From contig OZ244197.1 in NCBI GenBank assembly GCA_965216785.1, positions 2,304,001-2,368,000 of the forward strand: 64,000 nucleotides of DNA. The letters are read 5' to 3'. The stretch is from Thermodesulfobacteriota bacterium. Its GTDB lineage: Bacteria > Desulfobacterota_D > UBA1144 > Nemesobacterales > UBA2774. The translations under genes were made by a program, and so were the position numbers. Below are positions 48,927-58,445 of this stretch, one piece after another. The notes under the pieces were generated by a model. The model was not told where the DNA came from. It saw nothing but the letters and a program-made list of their open reading frames with translations, and did not search any database. The stretch's first letter is position 1, and each line of letters opens with the position of its first letter.

Positions 48927-50102
48927 TTGCAGGAGAAACAAAGACGCAACTGGCTTGGAAATACTACTACTGTCGTCTTTTTACTGGCGATTCTTGGCGC
49001 GCTGATTTATGGTGCTGCAGTTTTCTACAACGGCTACATCCAGGATATTAAGCGTGGCGAGAACGGAGTTGCGGCGATTCAAGTATTGGACGAGTTGAGA
49101 GGCTCGTTCCTTGAGATGAAGCAAGAGGAATTAACCTTGCTTCAGTCTACCGACCAGACGCGCGCGATTGCCGGTATTGAAAACTCGATAAACCGGCAGC
49201 GCCAGAGGCTGTCTACTTACCTCAAACTCGCGGACTATAACGAGGAAATTAGAAGTACCGCTCCCAAACTCATGGTCAGCTTTGAGGCCTGGGCGTCACT
49301 TGAGCTGGATCTGGTGAACAGTAAAGCGGCTCTTCAAGCCGATCCGGGTATTAGAGCCGATAATAGTCAGATAGGATTTCTCGTACAAAGAAGCTTGTCG
49401 TCGTTCCTAAATGTCATGGACGTTCTGGGGGAGGGTGAGAGACCCATAGAAGAGGACATTAAAGCAGGAGCCGCGGCGGCTGACGGTCTGTTTACGAGCA
49501 CACTTGTGTTCGTAGCGTATCTGATCTGCCTTGCGTTCTGGTGGGTGTGGTCGGCGGCCGGCAGAGAGAGACGGCACTACAAGAACGTGCGCGAGTTCGC
49601 GCATATGAGTAATACCGACAACCTTACAGGACTCATCAATCGCGTTGTATTTGAAGACAGGCTCTCCGCCGCGATTGCGGGAGCGCGCCGCTACGGCAGC
49701 AGCGCCGGGGTCTTATACTTTGACCTTGACGGTCTAAGGGAATTGAACGTAAAGAAGGGATATCAATCAGGTGATATAGTCCTCAAAGAGGTTGCGCTCA
49801 GGCTTCAGCAATATACCCGCGAGATGGATACGGTGGCCAGAGTTGGTGATGACGAGTTCGCGGTTCTGGTAACCAACCTGAAGCAAAAGGAAGATGCCCA
49901 GGTAGTTGTGGACAAGCTTAAAAACGCCCTGACACAGCCGATTGAGCTTAACGGCGAGCAATACTCGCCAAGCGTTAGCATAGGCGCTTCGGTGTTTCCC
50001 TACGATGGGGAAGAGCCCGAAGAGCTCGTCAATAATGCGAACTCCGCTATGTATGAGGCAAAACAGGGATCTAAACCCAACGTTGCTTCCATCCAGCACT
50101 GA
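48927..50102 (+). CDS. Membrane sensor with GGDEF-like domain (GDDEF variant)
   Basis: Two TM helices, 'DNLTGLINR', 'DLDGL', I-site REMD, 'RVGDDEF'; TTG start with GGAG. Confidence 0.85.
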   Translation: MQEKQRRNWLGNTTTVVFLLAILGALIYGAAVFYNGYIQDIKRGENGVAAIQVLDELRGSFLEMKQEELTLLQSTDQTRAIAGIENSINRQRQRLSTYLKLADYNEEIRSTAPKLMVSFEAWASLELDLVNSKAALQADPGIRADNSQIGFLVQRSLSSFLNVMDVLGEGERPIEEDIKAGAAAADGLFTSTLVFVAYLICLAFWWVWSAAGRERRHYKNVREFAHMSNTDNLTGLINRVVFEDRLSAAIAGARRYGSSAGVLYFDLDGLRELNVKKGYQSGDIVLKEVALRLQQYTREMDTVARVGDDEFAVLVTNLKQKEDAQVVVDKLKNALTQPIELNGEQYSPSVSIGASVFPYDGEEPEELVNNANSAMYEAKQGSKPNVASIQH

Positions 50103-50114
50103 TCAATAATGCTA

Positions 50115-50165
50115 CTCAGCTCTTTAGGCTCTTATACAGCTCGTCGTGGATAGAGTCTTCGAGCT
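50115..50165 (-). repeat. Duplicated 3' end of the glutamate-synthase-family gene (att-like copy, left)
   Basis: 50115-50148 is identical to 53235-53268 (34 bp); minus strand encodes LEDSIHDELYKSLKS*. Confidence 0.88.
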
Positions 50166-50246
50166 TAAAAAATGTAGAAAAGTAATACTATTCAAATTAG
50201 TATATCTATATATAGGAAGAAAATTGAAGTTGAAGGTTTAGGTAGA

Positions 50247-52646
50247 CTAACCGTTTAATCTTACAATGTATCCTTCAAAATCATCAGCTAATTCTAAGTC
50301 AAATTTCTCAAAAATACGTATCCACACTTTTGTCTTAAGATATTTTTCTTGTTCATCTTCATTACCAAATTCTTTAAGCCAATCGGGTGGTTCTGAAATG
50401 AATTTATCTAGTAGGTCTCGATTCTCAGAAAAGAATTCAATATTAATGTAAAATATATCTTTCTCAACAAATTCTGGGTTATCCTCCGGCATAAGAGGCG
50501 AATATTGTACTAGTTGACCTAACTGCTTTTTATTTAATAGTATTATAAGATCATCTATACCAGGAATAATAAAACTGAATACCGGGATCTTTTTATATGT
50601 TCCTACTCTTTGTTCCTTCTGCATATTATCATGATATTCTCTTTGACTTGAAATAAAATTTTCATTTATTTCCTTAAACTTATACAAAGAAAAACGAGTA
50701 GCTAATATTACTACATCATCTGAACTGTCAAATAAATCAATTTGTTTAAGAAACTCTTCTCTTGTTACTTCAATGCACGTTGATGCAATTTTAGCATATA
50801 GAAATGAATTCTCCGCTTGTGCTAGATCTCTGCCATAATTTTTAGCCCAATCTCTATAAGTTACATGCCACTCTTGAAAAAAGATGGCTTTTTCATCAAT
50901 TTTATTGATGCCAAATCGATTCAGTTTAGTATTAATGTATGTCATTTTTTCTGAATATAAATTGATACTCATAAACATGTTTCTAATTGTACTATGTTGA
51001 TTAAATGATGTTACAAAATCATCCTCGAATTCAAGTATTTTTGCTGAACTTGGTTTTAATTCTTCTGCCCGTTTTTTAAATTCATTTTCTGCCATTTTTT
51101 TTATATCTTCGAAATATTGGATTATGCATCTCAGAAATATTTCCTCTATATCATTTTCACTAAAATTCAATTCAGACAAAAATTGCTTCTCATTGCTAAG
51201 ACTTTTAGTGATATTGATATAATCATTTATAAAAAACTTGAGATCTTGCAGTCTATATATATCTATCTCTTCAACGAACCCAAATCTATTCTTTGTAATC
51301 TCAAATTTTTCAGGTTCATATAAGTTAGAATCAAATTTTATAACTCTAGCTAGTACTAGTATGAAATAGCGGTTTAAGTATATTTCTTGTCCATGATGAC
51401 CTTCCCAGCTATTCAACCTACGCTCGAAGAACGGTTTATCAAAATAAAATTTCATCAGACTATTAATAGTGGTAGGTGTTATATCATGACCAGCCCATTT
51501 TGCATCTGAGTCAGGAGGTTGTTTATATTCCCAGATAAAACGAATATAATCTGGTTTCTCTTTGAATAGGCAATAACTTCCTATAGCAAATGCAATTTCC
51601 AATATGCTAATAAATTTAATTTTATTGTCGAAACCGTCATAAATGTCTTTTTCAATTTGATAAGTGTATTCTTGCTGTTGAATATTAAAATATGGTTTTA
51701 AGATATCTTTAAGTTCTGTAAATTTGGCTCTGCAATGTTCTAAATCTTTCAGAACCGTGATATTTTCTGAATCGTTGTACAGAGTCTCTAATTTTTCTTC
51801 TATATTGTGTCTGTTATCTATCGATCTGTATAATTCAATATCCGATTGCATGATTAAATGACCATATTCCCATATTCTATTTATTCCGTAACTTGATAAG
51901 GATATTCCGTCAATCAACATAGATATTAGATGCTGAAATATTTCGAAGCGTCCATATGAAATAATTGTTTTTGCAGAAGAGAGGAAATGTTCATCGAAAA
52001 TTGACAGATAATATAGATTAAATTTTTTTTCAGGTTGTCCTAATAGATTGAATACTATATTTGTGTACCAATGAACTGATGAAGAATAAATAGAACGATC
52101 ACCAATTTTTCCACTATATTTCAAGAACAATATGGTAGTAATCTGATTTAAATATCTTAATATAGTCCTTATGTGTAGTTCATTATTCTCATCTTGAGCT
52201 AATTTGCCTAATACCATTTCAATTCGATATATGGCATGTGCAGAAATTTCCTCATTCCCAACTTTTAATGCAGATTCCCAGATTTTACCAAAGTAACTTA
52301 AAAATAAATCGAATAAACCTGTTTCAATTTCGGTTTCGGATATAATATCTTTCTCGGCTAACTCGGCCTGCATAGAACCGTCAATATTAAATCTTGGACT
52401 CGGGAGGTTTAATTTTGGTTTTATTCGATACTTTGCAAATGAAATCAGATATTGATTGTATTTATGTTTGTCTTCCTTTTTTAATTCATAGAACTTAATG
52501 ACATAATGTTCGAGACTGTCTAGTATTTCTAAAACAGTTTTATTTTCGTAGCGTGATGTTTTAGTTACAGCAATATTAGTTAATTTCTCTAGAGCAAATA
52601 TGAAATCGCCAATATCTTGTTTTTTCCTAAAAAATACTTTCAGCAT
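50247..52646 (-). CDS. Large soluble hypothetical protein (about 800 aa), islet cargo
   Basis: Long uninterrupted AT-rich ORF with no recognisable motif. Start is ATG 52646 or 52691, or it is fused to the upstream ORF. Confidence 0.8.
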   Translation of the reverse strand: MLKVFFRKKQDIGDFIFALEKLTNIAVTKTSRYENKTVLEILDSLEHYVIKFYELKKEDKHKYNQYLISFAKYRIKPKLNLPSPRFNIDGSMQAELAEKDIISETEIETGLFDLFLSYFGKIWESALKVGNEEISAHAIYRIEMVLGKLAQDENNELHIRTILRYLNQITTILFLKYSGKIGDRSIYSSSVHWYTNIVFNLLGQPEKKFNLYYLSIFDEHFLSSAKTIISYGRFEIFQHLISMLIDGISLSSYGINRIWEYGHLIMQSDIELYRSIDNRHNIEEKLETLYNDSENITVLKDLEHCRAKFTELKDILKPYFNIQQQEYTYQIEKDIYDGFDNKIKFISILEIAFAIGSYCLFKEKPDYIRFIWEYKQPPDSDAKWAGHDITPTTINSLMKFYFDKPFFERRLNSWEGHHGQEIYLNRYFILVLARVIKFDSNLYEPEKFEITKNRFGFVEEIDIYRLQDLKFFINDYINITKSLSNEKQFLSELNFSENDIEEIFLRCIIQYFEDIKKMAENEFKKRAEELKPSSAKILEFEDDFVTSFNQHSTIRNMFMSINLYSEKMTYINTKLNRFGINKIDEKAIFFQEWHVTYRDWAKNYGRDLAQAENSFLYAKIASTCIEVTREEFLKQIDLFDSSDDVVILATRFSLYKFKEINENFISSQREYHDNMQKEQRVGTYKKIPVFSFIIPGIDDLIILLNKKQLGQLVQYSPLMPEDNPEFVEKDIFYINIEFFSENRDLLDKFISEPPDWLKEFGNEDEQEKYLKTKVWIRIFEKFDLELADDFEGYIVRLNG

Positions 52647-53130
52647 GGTCTCGTAATTTTTGAGATATAACCCCTTCAATATTTGTAACATACTGATTGA
52701 TACGTATCATAAACCTCCAAAATACCAAAATATTTATTATTGACCACACAAAATATATCACTAACAAATATGGACTGGAAATTCCAATAAATCTGAACAA
52801 AATGCCAAACATAATACTTACTAGGAACAAAAGGTATTGAGACTTATATAGAAATTCATCGGTGAGTAAAGATGCTATCTCTCCATCATAATCTTTCGTA
52901 ATATTAGATACAACCTGAACACTTATTGGAATTGATAAACCAATAAATACCCCTTCGACTGTGATCACGTCTTGTATAAAAGTTGCATTAGTAGTTAGTG
53001 AAAATAGTTTCTGTATATATGATGGAGCAGGATTGCCAAAGTAAAAAGAATTAAATGTTAATCCTATTACAAAGACTAATAGAAATAAGGTAAATGCTAC
53101 CGAGAAATTGTATAGATTTGAACGATTCAC
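52627..53130 (-). CDS. Four-TM membrane protein, islet cargo
   Basis: Four hydrophobic segments; resembles the membrane N-termini of DUF2254-type proteins; GTG start. Confidence 0.7.
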   Translation of the reverse strand: MNRSNLYNFSVAFTLFLLVFVIGLTFNSFYFGNPAPSYIQKLFSLTTNATFIQDVITVEGVFIGLSIPISVQVVSNITKDYDGEIASLLTDEFLYKSQYLLFLVSIMFGILFRFIGISSPYLLVIYFVWSIINILVFWRFMIRINQYVTNIEGVISQKLRDHAESIF

Positions 53131-53172
53131 TTAAGTCTCTATGGTGGTTGTTAAACAAATAATGTATAAGCG

Positions 53173-53201
53173 ACTATAGCAGAAAATGGAAAAATCTTCA
53201 A
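53173..53201 (-). promoter_or_regulatory. Sigma70 promoter inside the islet
   Basis: Minus strand TTGAAG-N17-TATAGT with extended -10 (TGc). Confidence 0.6.
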
Positions 53202-53234
53202 CTGCAGGTCTCAAAGCACCGGATAGCCAAAATC

Positions 53235-53285
53235 CTCAGCTCTTTAGGCTCTTATACAGCTCGTCGTGTATGCAATCTTCAAGGC
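53235..53285 (-). repeat. att-like copy, right (functional gene end)
   Basis: Encodes LEDCIHDELYKSLKS*; 34 bp identical to 50115-50148. Confidence 0.88.
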
Positions 53286-54852
53286 TCGAGCTCTCGGGCA
53301 AATACACGCCGAACGGGTCGTCATCAAAATATCTTACAAATACGTTTTTATAGCTAATAATTCTAATGTCTGTTTTGTTTATGTCCCTTGGGTCGCTGTG
53401 CCCAAGCACTTTTGTCAGGTGCATCATGTCCTTGTGAAACCCTTCCATGTAATGGTGCACTCGGGTCGATTTCTCAGGCAGATTAATACCATGGATCCTC
53501 CACTTGCTGTTGGTCGTAATACCCGTCGGGCATTCGTTCGTGTGGCACTTGAGCGACTGTATACATCCAAGCGCAAGCATAACTCCCCTAGCGGTCTCGA
53601 TAATGTCCGCGCCTACGGCAAAGGCCAGGGCCGCGTGCGCGGGGGTAAACAGCTTCCCAGAGCTTGAGATTGTCACCTTGTCCCTTAGCCCCGCTTCCTT
53701 TAGCTTTTTATCCAGATAAAAGGTGGTTTCAAAAGAGGTCCCGTAACCAACGTAATTCATAAATAGATTCTCTCCGGCCCCCGTACCTCCGTCCGCCCCG
53801 TCAACCTGAATCGCGTCAGGTCCTCCCCCGGTCTCCTTCATTGCCTCGATCAGCAGATCAACCTCGTCAAGCCTTCCAATGCACATCTTAATCCCTACCG
53901 GAAGCCCGGTCAGCTTCCTTACCCTCTGTATTAACTCCAGGAGCTTTAACACTGAGTCCTTTGGGGTAGAGGCAATGCACTCAGCGTGCTGGCAAGGGCT
54001 CATTATGGTCTTCCACGGCTCGACTCTTCTCACCGCCGCTATCTCGGGAGTTACCTTAACGCCCGGCAGCATTCCCCCCAGAGAAGGCTTTCCGCCCTGA
54101 GAAATCTTTAACTGTATCATCTTTACATTGTCATTTTTGACTACGAGTTCTTTAAGCAAATCATCGTCCAGAAGCCGGGTAGGGGTGCCGTCGTTAAGCG
54201 CCCCGTCCCTTCCCACGCCGAACTTCCCAGTGCCTATCTGAAACACAACGTCATTCCCCGCCACCCCGTGCGGGCCGTAACCGCCCTCTCCTGTATTCAC
54301 ATAACAGACGTCTTTTGCCCCTATGCTTATACACTCAGCCGCTTTCCAGTTGATAGAGCCGTAGCTCATGGCAGAGACGTTTACGGTGTTCTTTACCGGG
54401 AAGGGGATAATATCCGGTCTTCCTTCACCGATGACAAGCTCGTAAGACTCTTTTTCAGTCTCGCCCGGGAAATTCCTGTGCAGTATGTGAGACTGCGCCG
54501 TGTTCTCCAGATCAAACTCGTCAAGCTCCGTTCCGAACCCGGCGAAGGGTTTTAAGTCCTTTGCTTTCTGATATATGTAATCTCTCACAATCCTCGGAAT
54601 TGGCCTGCCGTTTGTGTTGGATTCGTTGAAGTACTGTAGGTACTTGTCCCTGAAAGTGTCTTCAAATAGATATCGTACCCTGCCGAACGGGCCGTAGATT
54701 CTAATTAGCGTCCTGTCGTCCTGTACAAATAGCTCCCTAATAGAGAAGATAATTATTGCGGCTGCTATGATTAAGCCAAAATAGAGCCAGCTTCTAAAAA
54801 TAAGTCCCGCAGGGATGGAAAGTACAAAAAGCCCGATAGTGATAAGATCCAT
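53236..54852 (-). CDS. FMN-binding glutamate synthase family protein with N-terminal TM helices
   Basis: 'SAMSYGS', 'NTGEGG', 'QIGTGKFG', 'KISQGGKP', 'DGADGGTG', 3Fe-4S motif 'GCIQSLKCHTNECPTG'. Start placed at MDLIT. Confidence 0.9.
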   Translation of the reverse strand: MDLITIGLFVLSIPAGLIFRSWLYFGLIIAAAIIIFSIRELFVQDDRTLIRIYGPFGRVRYLFEDTFRDKYLQYFNESNTNGRPIPRIVRDYIYQKAKDLKPFAGFGTELDEFDLENTAQSHILHRNFPGETEKESYELVIGEGRPDIIPFPVKNTVNVSAMSYGSINWKAAECISIGAKDVCYVNTGEGGYGPHGVAGNDVVFQIGTGKFGVGRDGALNDGTPTRLLDDDLLKELVVKNDNVKMIQLKISQGGKPSLGGMLPGVKVTPEIAAVRRVEPWKTIMSPCQHAECIASTPKDSVLKLLELIQRVRKLTGLPVGIKMCIGRLDEVDLLIEAMKETGGGPDAIQVDGADGGTGAGENLFMNYVGYGTSFETTFYLDKKLKEAGLRDKVTISSSGKLFTPAHAALAFAVGADIIETARGVMLALGCIQSLKCHTNECPTGITTNSKWRIHGINLPEKSTRVHHYMEGFHKDMMHLTKVLGHSDPRDINKTDIRIISYKNVFVRYFDDDPFGVYLPESSSLEDCIHDELYKSLKS

Positions 54853-55011
54853 CGCTTTCTCTAAAGGCGGGTTATAGGTGTAGGGAACAAGGCACAGGCT
54901 TTTACCAAGTCGGTTGAGCTTGTTAATTAGCTTTTTGCCTTCGCGGGAAGCTTTATAGGGCATGAGCTATAGTCTAATTAAAAGTTAAGCTTTTTAAAAC
55001 ACAAACAGCTC

Positions 55012-57690
55012 TTATTTCTTAATGAACATAATCGCTTGGCCGATGATGAGCGGGATAAGTCCCATAGATATAATAACGAGCCACCCCATAGCTCCCGGAT
55101 TTAACACCCTAAGCACCGTAGCTACGGGCGCTAAATAGACAGCCAGTAACAGTATTATCACGCAAAGCAGGAGCGCTCCCCATACATAAGGATTACGTGT
55201 AATTTCGTTCTTTATGAAATAGGATCCTGGGGCTCTCATATTGAATACATGAAACAGCTGAACGAATGCGAGTGTGAGGAAAGACACCGATACTGCTCTT
55301 TCAACTCCGTAGCCCAGGTGCTCAATGCTGATTATTAGCGCTCCCAGAACGGACAGGCTCATCAGCGTGCCGTACCCGACTATACCGAGCCAATTACGCT
55401 TCGTTAGTATAGACTGGCCGGGCTCCATCGGAGGGGAGCTCATAATATTCTTCTCTCCTTCTCCGACACCGAGCGCAAGAGCGGGAAATACGTCCGTAAC
55501 CAGGTTCAGGAAAAGTATTTGGAGCGGTAGCACCGGTAGCGGCATTTCAGTGAAGGAGGCTATCGACACTACGAGTATTTCACTCACATTACATGATATA
55601 AGGTAGTATATGAATTTCCTTATATTATCTAAGATGATCCGCCCCTGCTCTATAGCTACCACAATTGTGGAGAACGAGTCGTCTTTGAGCACCATGTCAG
55701 AGGCTTCTTGCGCGACCTGAGTCCCTCTTGTTCCCATAGCGATTCCGATGTCAGCCTGTTTTAGCGCTGGCGCGTCGTTCACTCCGTCACCCGTCATAGC
55801 GACCACTAGCCCGCGGCTTTGGTACATGGACACGATATCGAGCTTTTGCTCAGGGCTTATGCGGGCAAGTACCGGTGCGCTGAGAACCCCCTCGCGCTCC
55901 GTGTCGGGCATCTCCTTTAGGTTCCCAATTTCGCTCCCATGCAAAGCTTTTTTATTCTTAGCGTCTGTAAGTCCAAGGGACTGAGCGATGTTAAGCGCAG
56001 TAGAAGGCTGGTCACCCGTCACCATGACTACGTTAATTCCGGCACCGAGACACTTCCTTATAGCGTCCTTAACGTCACTTCGAGGCGGGTCGAGAAGACA
56101 TATAAGGCCAAGAAGAGTGAGGTCTTCGTACGGAGGCGAGGTGTCCGACTCAACGTATTTATAGGCGTGCGCTATTATCCTGTAACCCTTCTCGCCAAGC
56201 TCCTCGTTTTGCTTAAGCCATATATCCTTCATCTCGTCTGTAAGCGCTGTTACACCTCCGCCTCTAAGCACTGAGCCCGAGACTCCCAGCACCGCCTCCG
56301 GTGCGCCCTTGACGGCCACCAGGTATGTACCCTCTGCTTTATGGAATGTGGCCATCATATTCGTGCTCGTATCAAATGCTTCGAGCCTTGTCTCTGGAAA
56401 GCGGTCTAAAAGCGCTTGTTTGCTTATTCCGGCTTTGATGCCTGCCAGCAGAAGCGCTACCTCGAGCGGGTCGCCTATATTTTTCTGTGAGCTTTCAGCG
56501 GTGTCTGTAATTGAGGCTGTATTACATAGAACGCCCACTTCAATACTTCGTCTTAAGGCTTCGTCTCCAAGGGGATCAATGGGATGTCCTTCAGATACAA
56601 ACTCAGCTTCAGTCTCTTTTTGCTTTCGAGTGATTTTTATGAGCTTTTCATCTATAGCGATAAGCTCTACACTCATTTTATTCTCTGTCAGGGTTCCTGT
56701 TTTATCTGTACATATAACTCCTGTAGAGCCCAGGGTCTCGACCGCGCCAAGCCTGTTGATGAGAGCGTTTCTCTTTGCCATCCTCATCATACCCCTTGCA
56801 AGCGCTATGGTAGCGACAACGGGAAGGCCTTCTGGAATGGCGGCTACTGCAAGCGCAATCCCGGTCTCTATCATAAGGAAAAGATTCCTTCCTCTGAGCG
56901 CCCCGGAAGCTATTACGAATACCGCGACAACTACCGTAGCTGCTATGAGCTTGTACCCTAGTGAGTTGAGCCTTTTTTCTAATGGAGTGCTTTCTTTACT
57001 TGCGGACTCAACGAGCGTGCTGATACACCCGATCTCGGTATTTAAACCAATTGCGGTTACGAGCCCCTCGCCGGAGCCTCGCGTCAGTGGTGTGCCCATA
57101 TACGCCATGTTGGAGCGCTCCGCAAGGGTCGTATCCTCACTAAGGGCGGTCAACTCCTTGGGCACAGGTACGGACTCCCCGGTAAGAGAGGACTCATCGG
57201 TCTCCATCCTCGAGGCTTTTATGAGCCTCATATCGGCAGGCACTATATCGCCCGCGTCGAGAATCACTACATCGCCGGGTAAAAGGTCATGAGATGGAAT
57301 CTCCACAGTACGTCCCGAGCGCCTCACTCTCGCGCTCAAGCTCACGAGCTCGTGGAGCGCTTCCATTGACCTCACGGCTTTTATCTCAGTAAAAAACCCG
57401 ATAGCGGAATTTAGAAGTAGCACCAGTATGATGGCTATCGCCTCGGGAATATCTCCAAATATAAAGGACAGGACCGCCGCAACCACTAAAAGAAGTACAA
57501 TCAGGCTCTTGAACTGGTTAGCTAATATAACCCATGGGCTCTTTGGTTCTGATTTTTTAAGCAGGTTCTTGCCAAATCTTATCAAGCGTTCCCGTACATC
57601 TTCTTCGGTGAGTCCGGTGTCGGGAGAGACTCCTAGGGCCTGCGAGACTTGTTCTACAGACAATTTGTAAGGTTCTTTAATCTCTTTCAT
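55012..57690 (-). CDS. Cation (Ca2+-type, P-IIA) transporting P-type ATPase
   Basis: TGES, IPEGLP, DKTGT, KGAPE, TGDGVNDAPALK, 'NLVTD'. Confidence 0.93.
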   Translation of the reverse strand: MKEIKEPYKLSVEQVSQALGVSPDTGLTEEDVRERLIRFGKNLLKKSEPKSPWVILANQFKSLIVLLLVVAAVLSFIFGDIPEAIAIILVLLLNSAIGFFTEIKAVRSMEALHELVSLSARVRRSGRTVEIPSHDLLPGDVVILDAGDIVPADMRLIKASRMETDESSLTGESVPVPKELTALSEDTTLAERSNMAYMGTPLTRGSGEGLVTAIGLNTEIGCISTLVESASKESTPLEKRLNSLGYKLIAATVVVAVFVIASGALRGRNLFLMIETGIALAVAAIPEGLPVVATIALARGMMRMAKRNALINRLGAVETLGSTGVICTDKTGTLTENKMSVELIAIDEKLIKITRKQKETEAEFVSEGHPIDPLGDEALRRSIEVGVLCNTASITDTAESSQKNIGDPLEVALLLAGIKAGISKQALLDRFPETRLEAFDTSTNMMATFHKAEGTYLVAVKGAPEAVLGVSGSVLRGGGVTALTDEMKDIWLKQNEELGEKGYRIIAHAYKYVESDTSPPYEDLTLLGLICLLDPPRSDVKDAIRKCLGAGINVVMVTGDQPSTALNIAQSLGLTDAKNKKALHGSEIGNLKEMPDTEREGVLSAPVLARISPEQKLDIVSMYQSRGLVVAMTGDGVNDAPALKQADIGIAMGTRGTQVAQEASDMVLKDDSFSTIVVAIEQGRIILDNIRKFIYYLISCNVSEILVVSIASFTEMPLPVLPLQILFLNLVTDVFPALALGVGEGEKNIMSSPPMEPGQSILTKRNWLGIVGYGTLMSLSVLGALIISIEHLGYGVERAVSVSFLTLAFVQLFHVFNMRAPGSYFIKNEITRNPYVWGALLLCVIILLLAVYLAPVATVLRVLNPGAMGWLVIISMGLIPLIIGQAIMFIKK

Positions 57691-57736
57691 GGGTAATAGC
57701 TAGTATATAGTTTGCTATTCACAGTAAATGAAAAAA

Positions 57737-58444
57737 TTAAGCAAGTCCCCTGAGCACATAGCCCACCACATAAGCGATTACAGCCGCGACCCCTCCGATC
57801 AGGAGGGTTTCAATGCCTGACAAAAACCATTTTTTATCGACGATAGTGGCCTTAACGGAGCCAACTATAAAAAAGGCGACTGAGGTGAGTATAATCGAGA
57901 GCGTAAAGACGTTTTCGCTGAGCGATGTAAAAAAGTAAGATAGTACGTAAGCGAGAAGCGGTATAAACCCTACAAGGTTAAATGAAACGAATGTAACCAG
58001 TGCGTTCTTAATGGGCGAAGTGTCGTCTTCGAATATGCCGAACTCGTCCTTCATCATGGTGTCTATCCATATCTCCTGATTGCTCGTAATTATTTCGACC
58101 GCGTCCTCAAGGGGCTTGCCTGTAAAACCCTTATCTTTAAATATTTGCCTTATCTCCTCCTCTTCCTCCTCTGGGATGTGGAGTACCGATTGCTCTTCAG
58201 ACTTCCTTATTTTATCTGCGTATTCCTTTTTGGATTTAGAGCTCAGGTAGTTGCCTACGGCCATAGAAAAACCGTCTGCGAAAAGGTTCGCGAAACCGAG
58301 AATTAGCACAATAGTGGGCGAGAGTGACGCTCCTGTTACGCCCGCCACAATTGCAAATGTCGTAACCGAGCCGTCTATACCCCCGTAGATAAATTCCGGC
58401 AAATATGAATGGAGGCGGTTCTCATTAGTCTTGTCGGTATTCAT
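57737..58444 (-). CDS. VIT1/CCC1 family Fe/Mn transporter
   Basis: 'IYGGIDGSVTTFAIVAG', 'ANLFADGFSMAVGNYLS', acidic metal-binding loop. Confidence 0.9.
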   Translation of the reverse strand: MNTDKTNENRLHSYLPEFIYGGIDGSVTTFAIVAGVTGASLSPTIVLILGFANLFADGFSMAVGNYLSSKSKKEYADKIRKSEEQSVLHIPEEEEEEIRQIFKDKGFTGKPLEDAVEIITSNQEIWIDTMMKDEFGIFEDDTSPIKNALVTFVSFNLVGFIPLLAYVLSYFFTSLSENVFTLSIILTSVAFFIVGSVKATIVDKKWFLSGIETLLIGGVAAVIAYVVGYVLRGLA

Positions 58445-58445
58445 G

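Larger units (their letters stand above)
50149..53234. mobile_element. AT-rich genomic islet bounded by direct repeats, no integrase
   Basis: Sharp drop in GC (sampled lines 13/60 and 23/60 versus 33/60 in the adjacent gene), flanking 34-bp direct repeat, two co-oriented orphan ORFs. Confidence 0.8.

Noticed and set aside
50149-53234. Prophage or IS element
   Set aside because: No integrase, transposase, terminal inverted repeats or phage genes; kept only as an islet.
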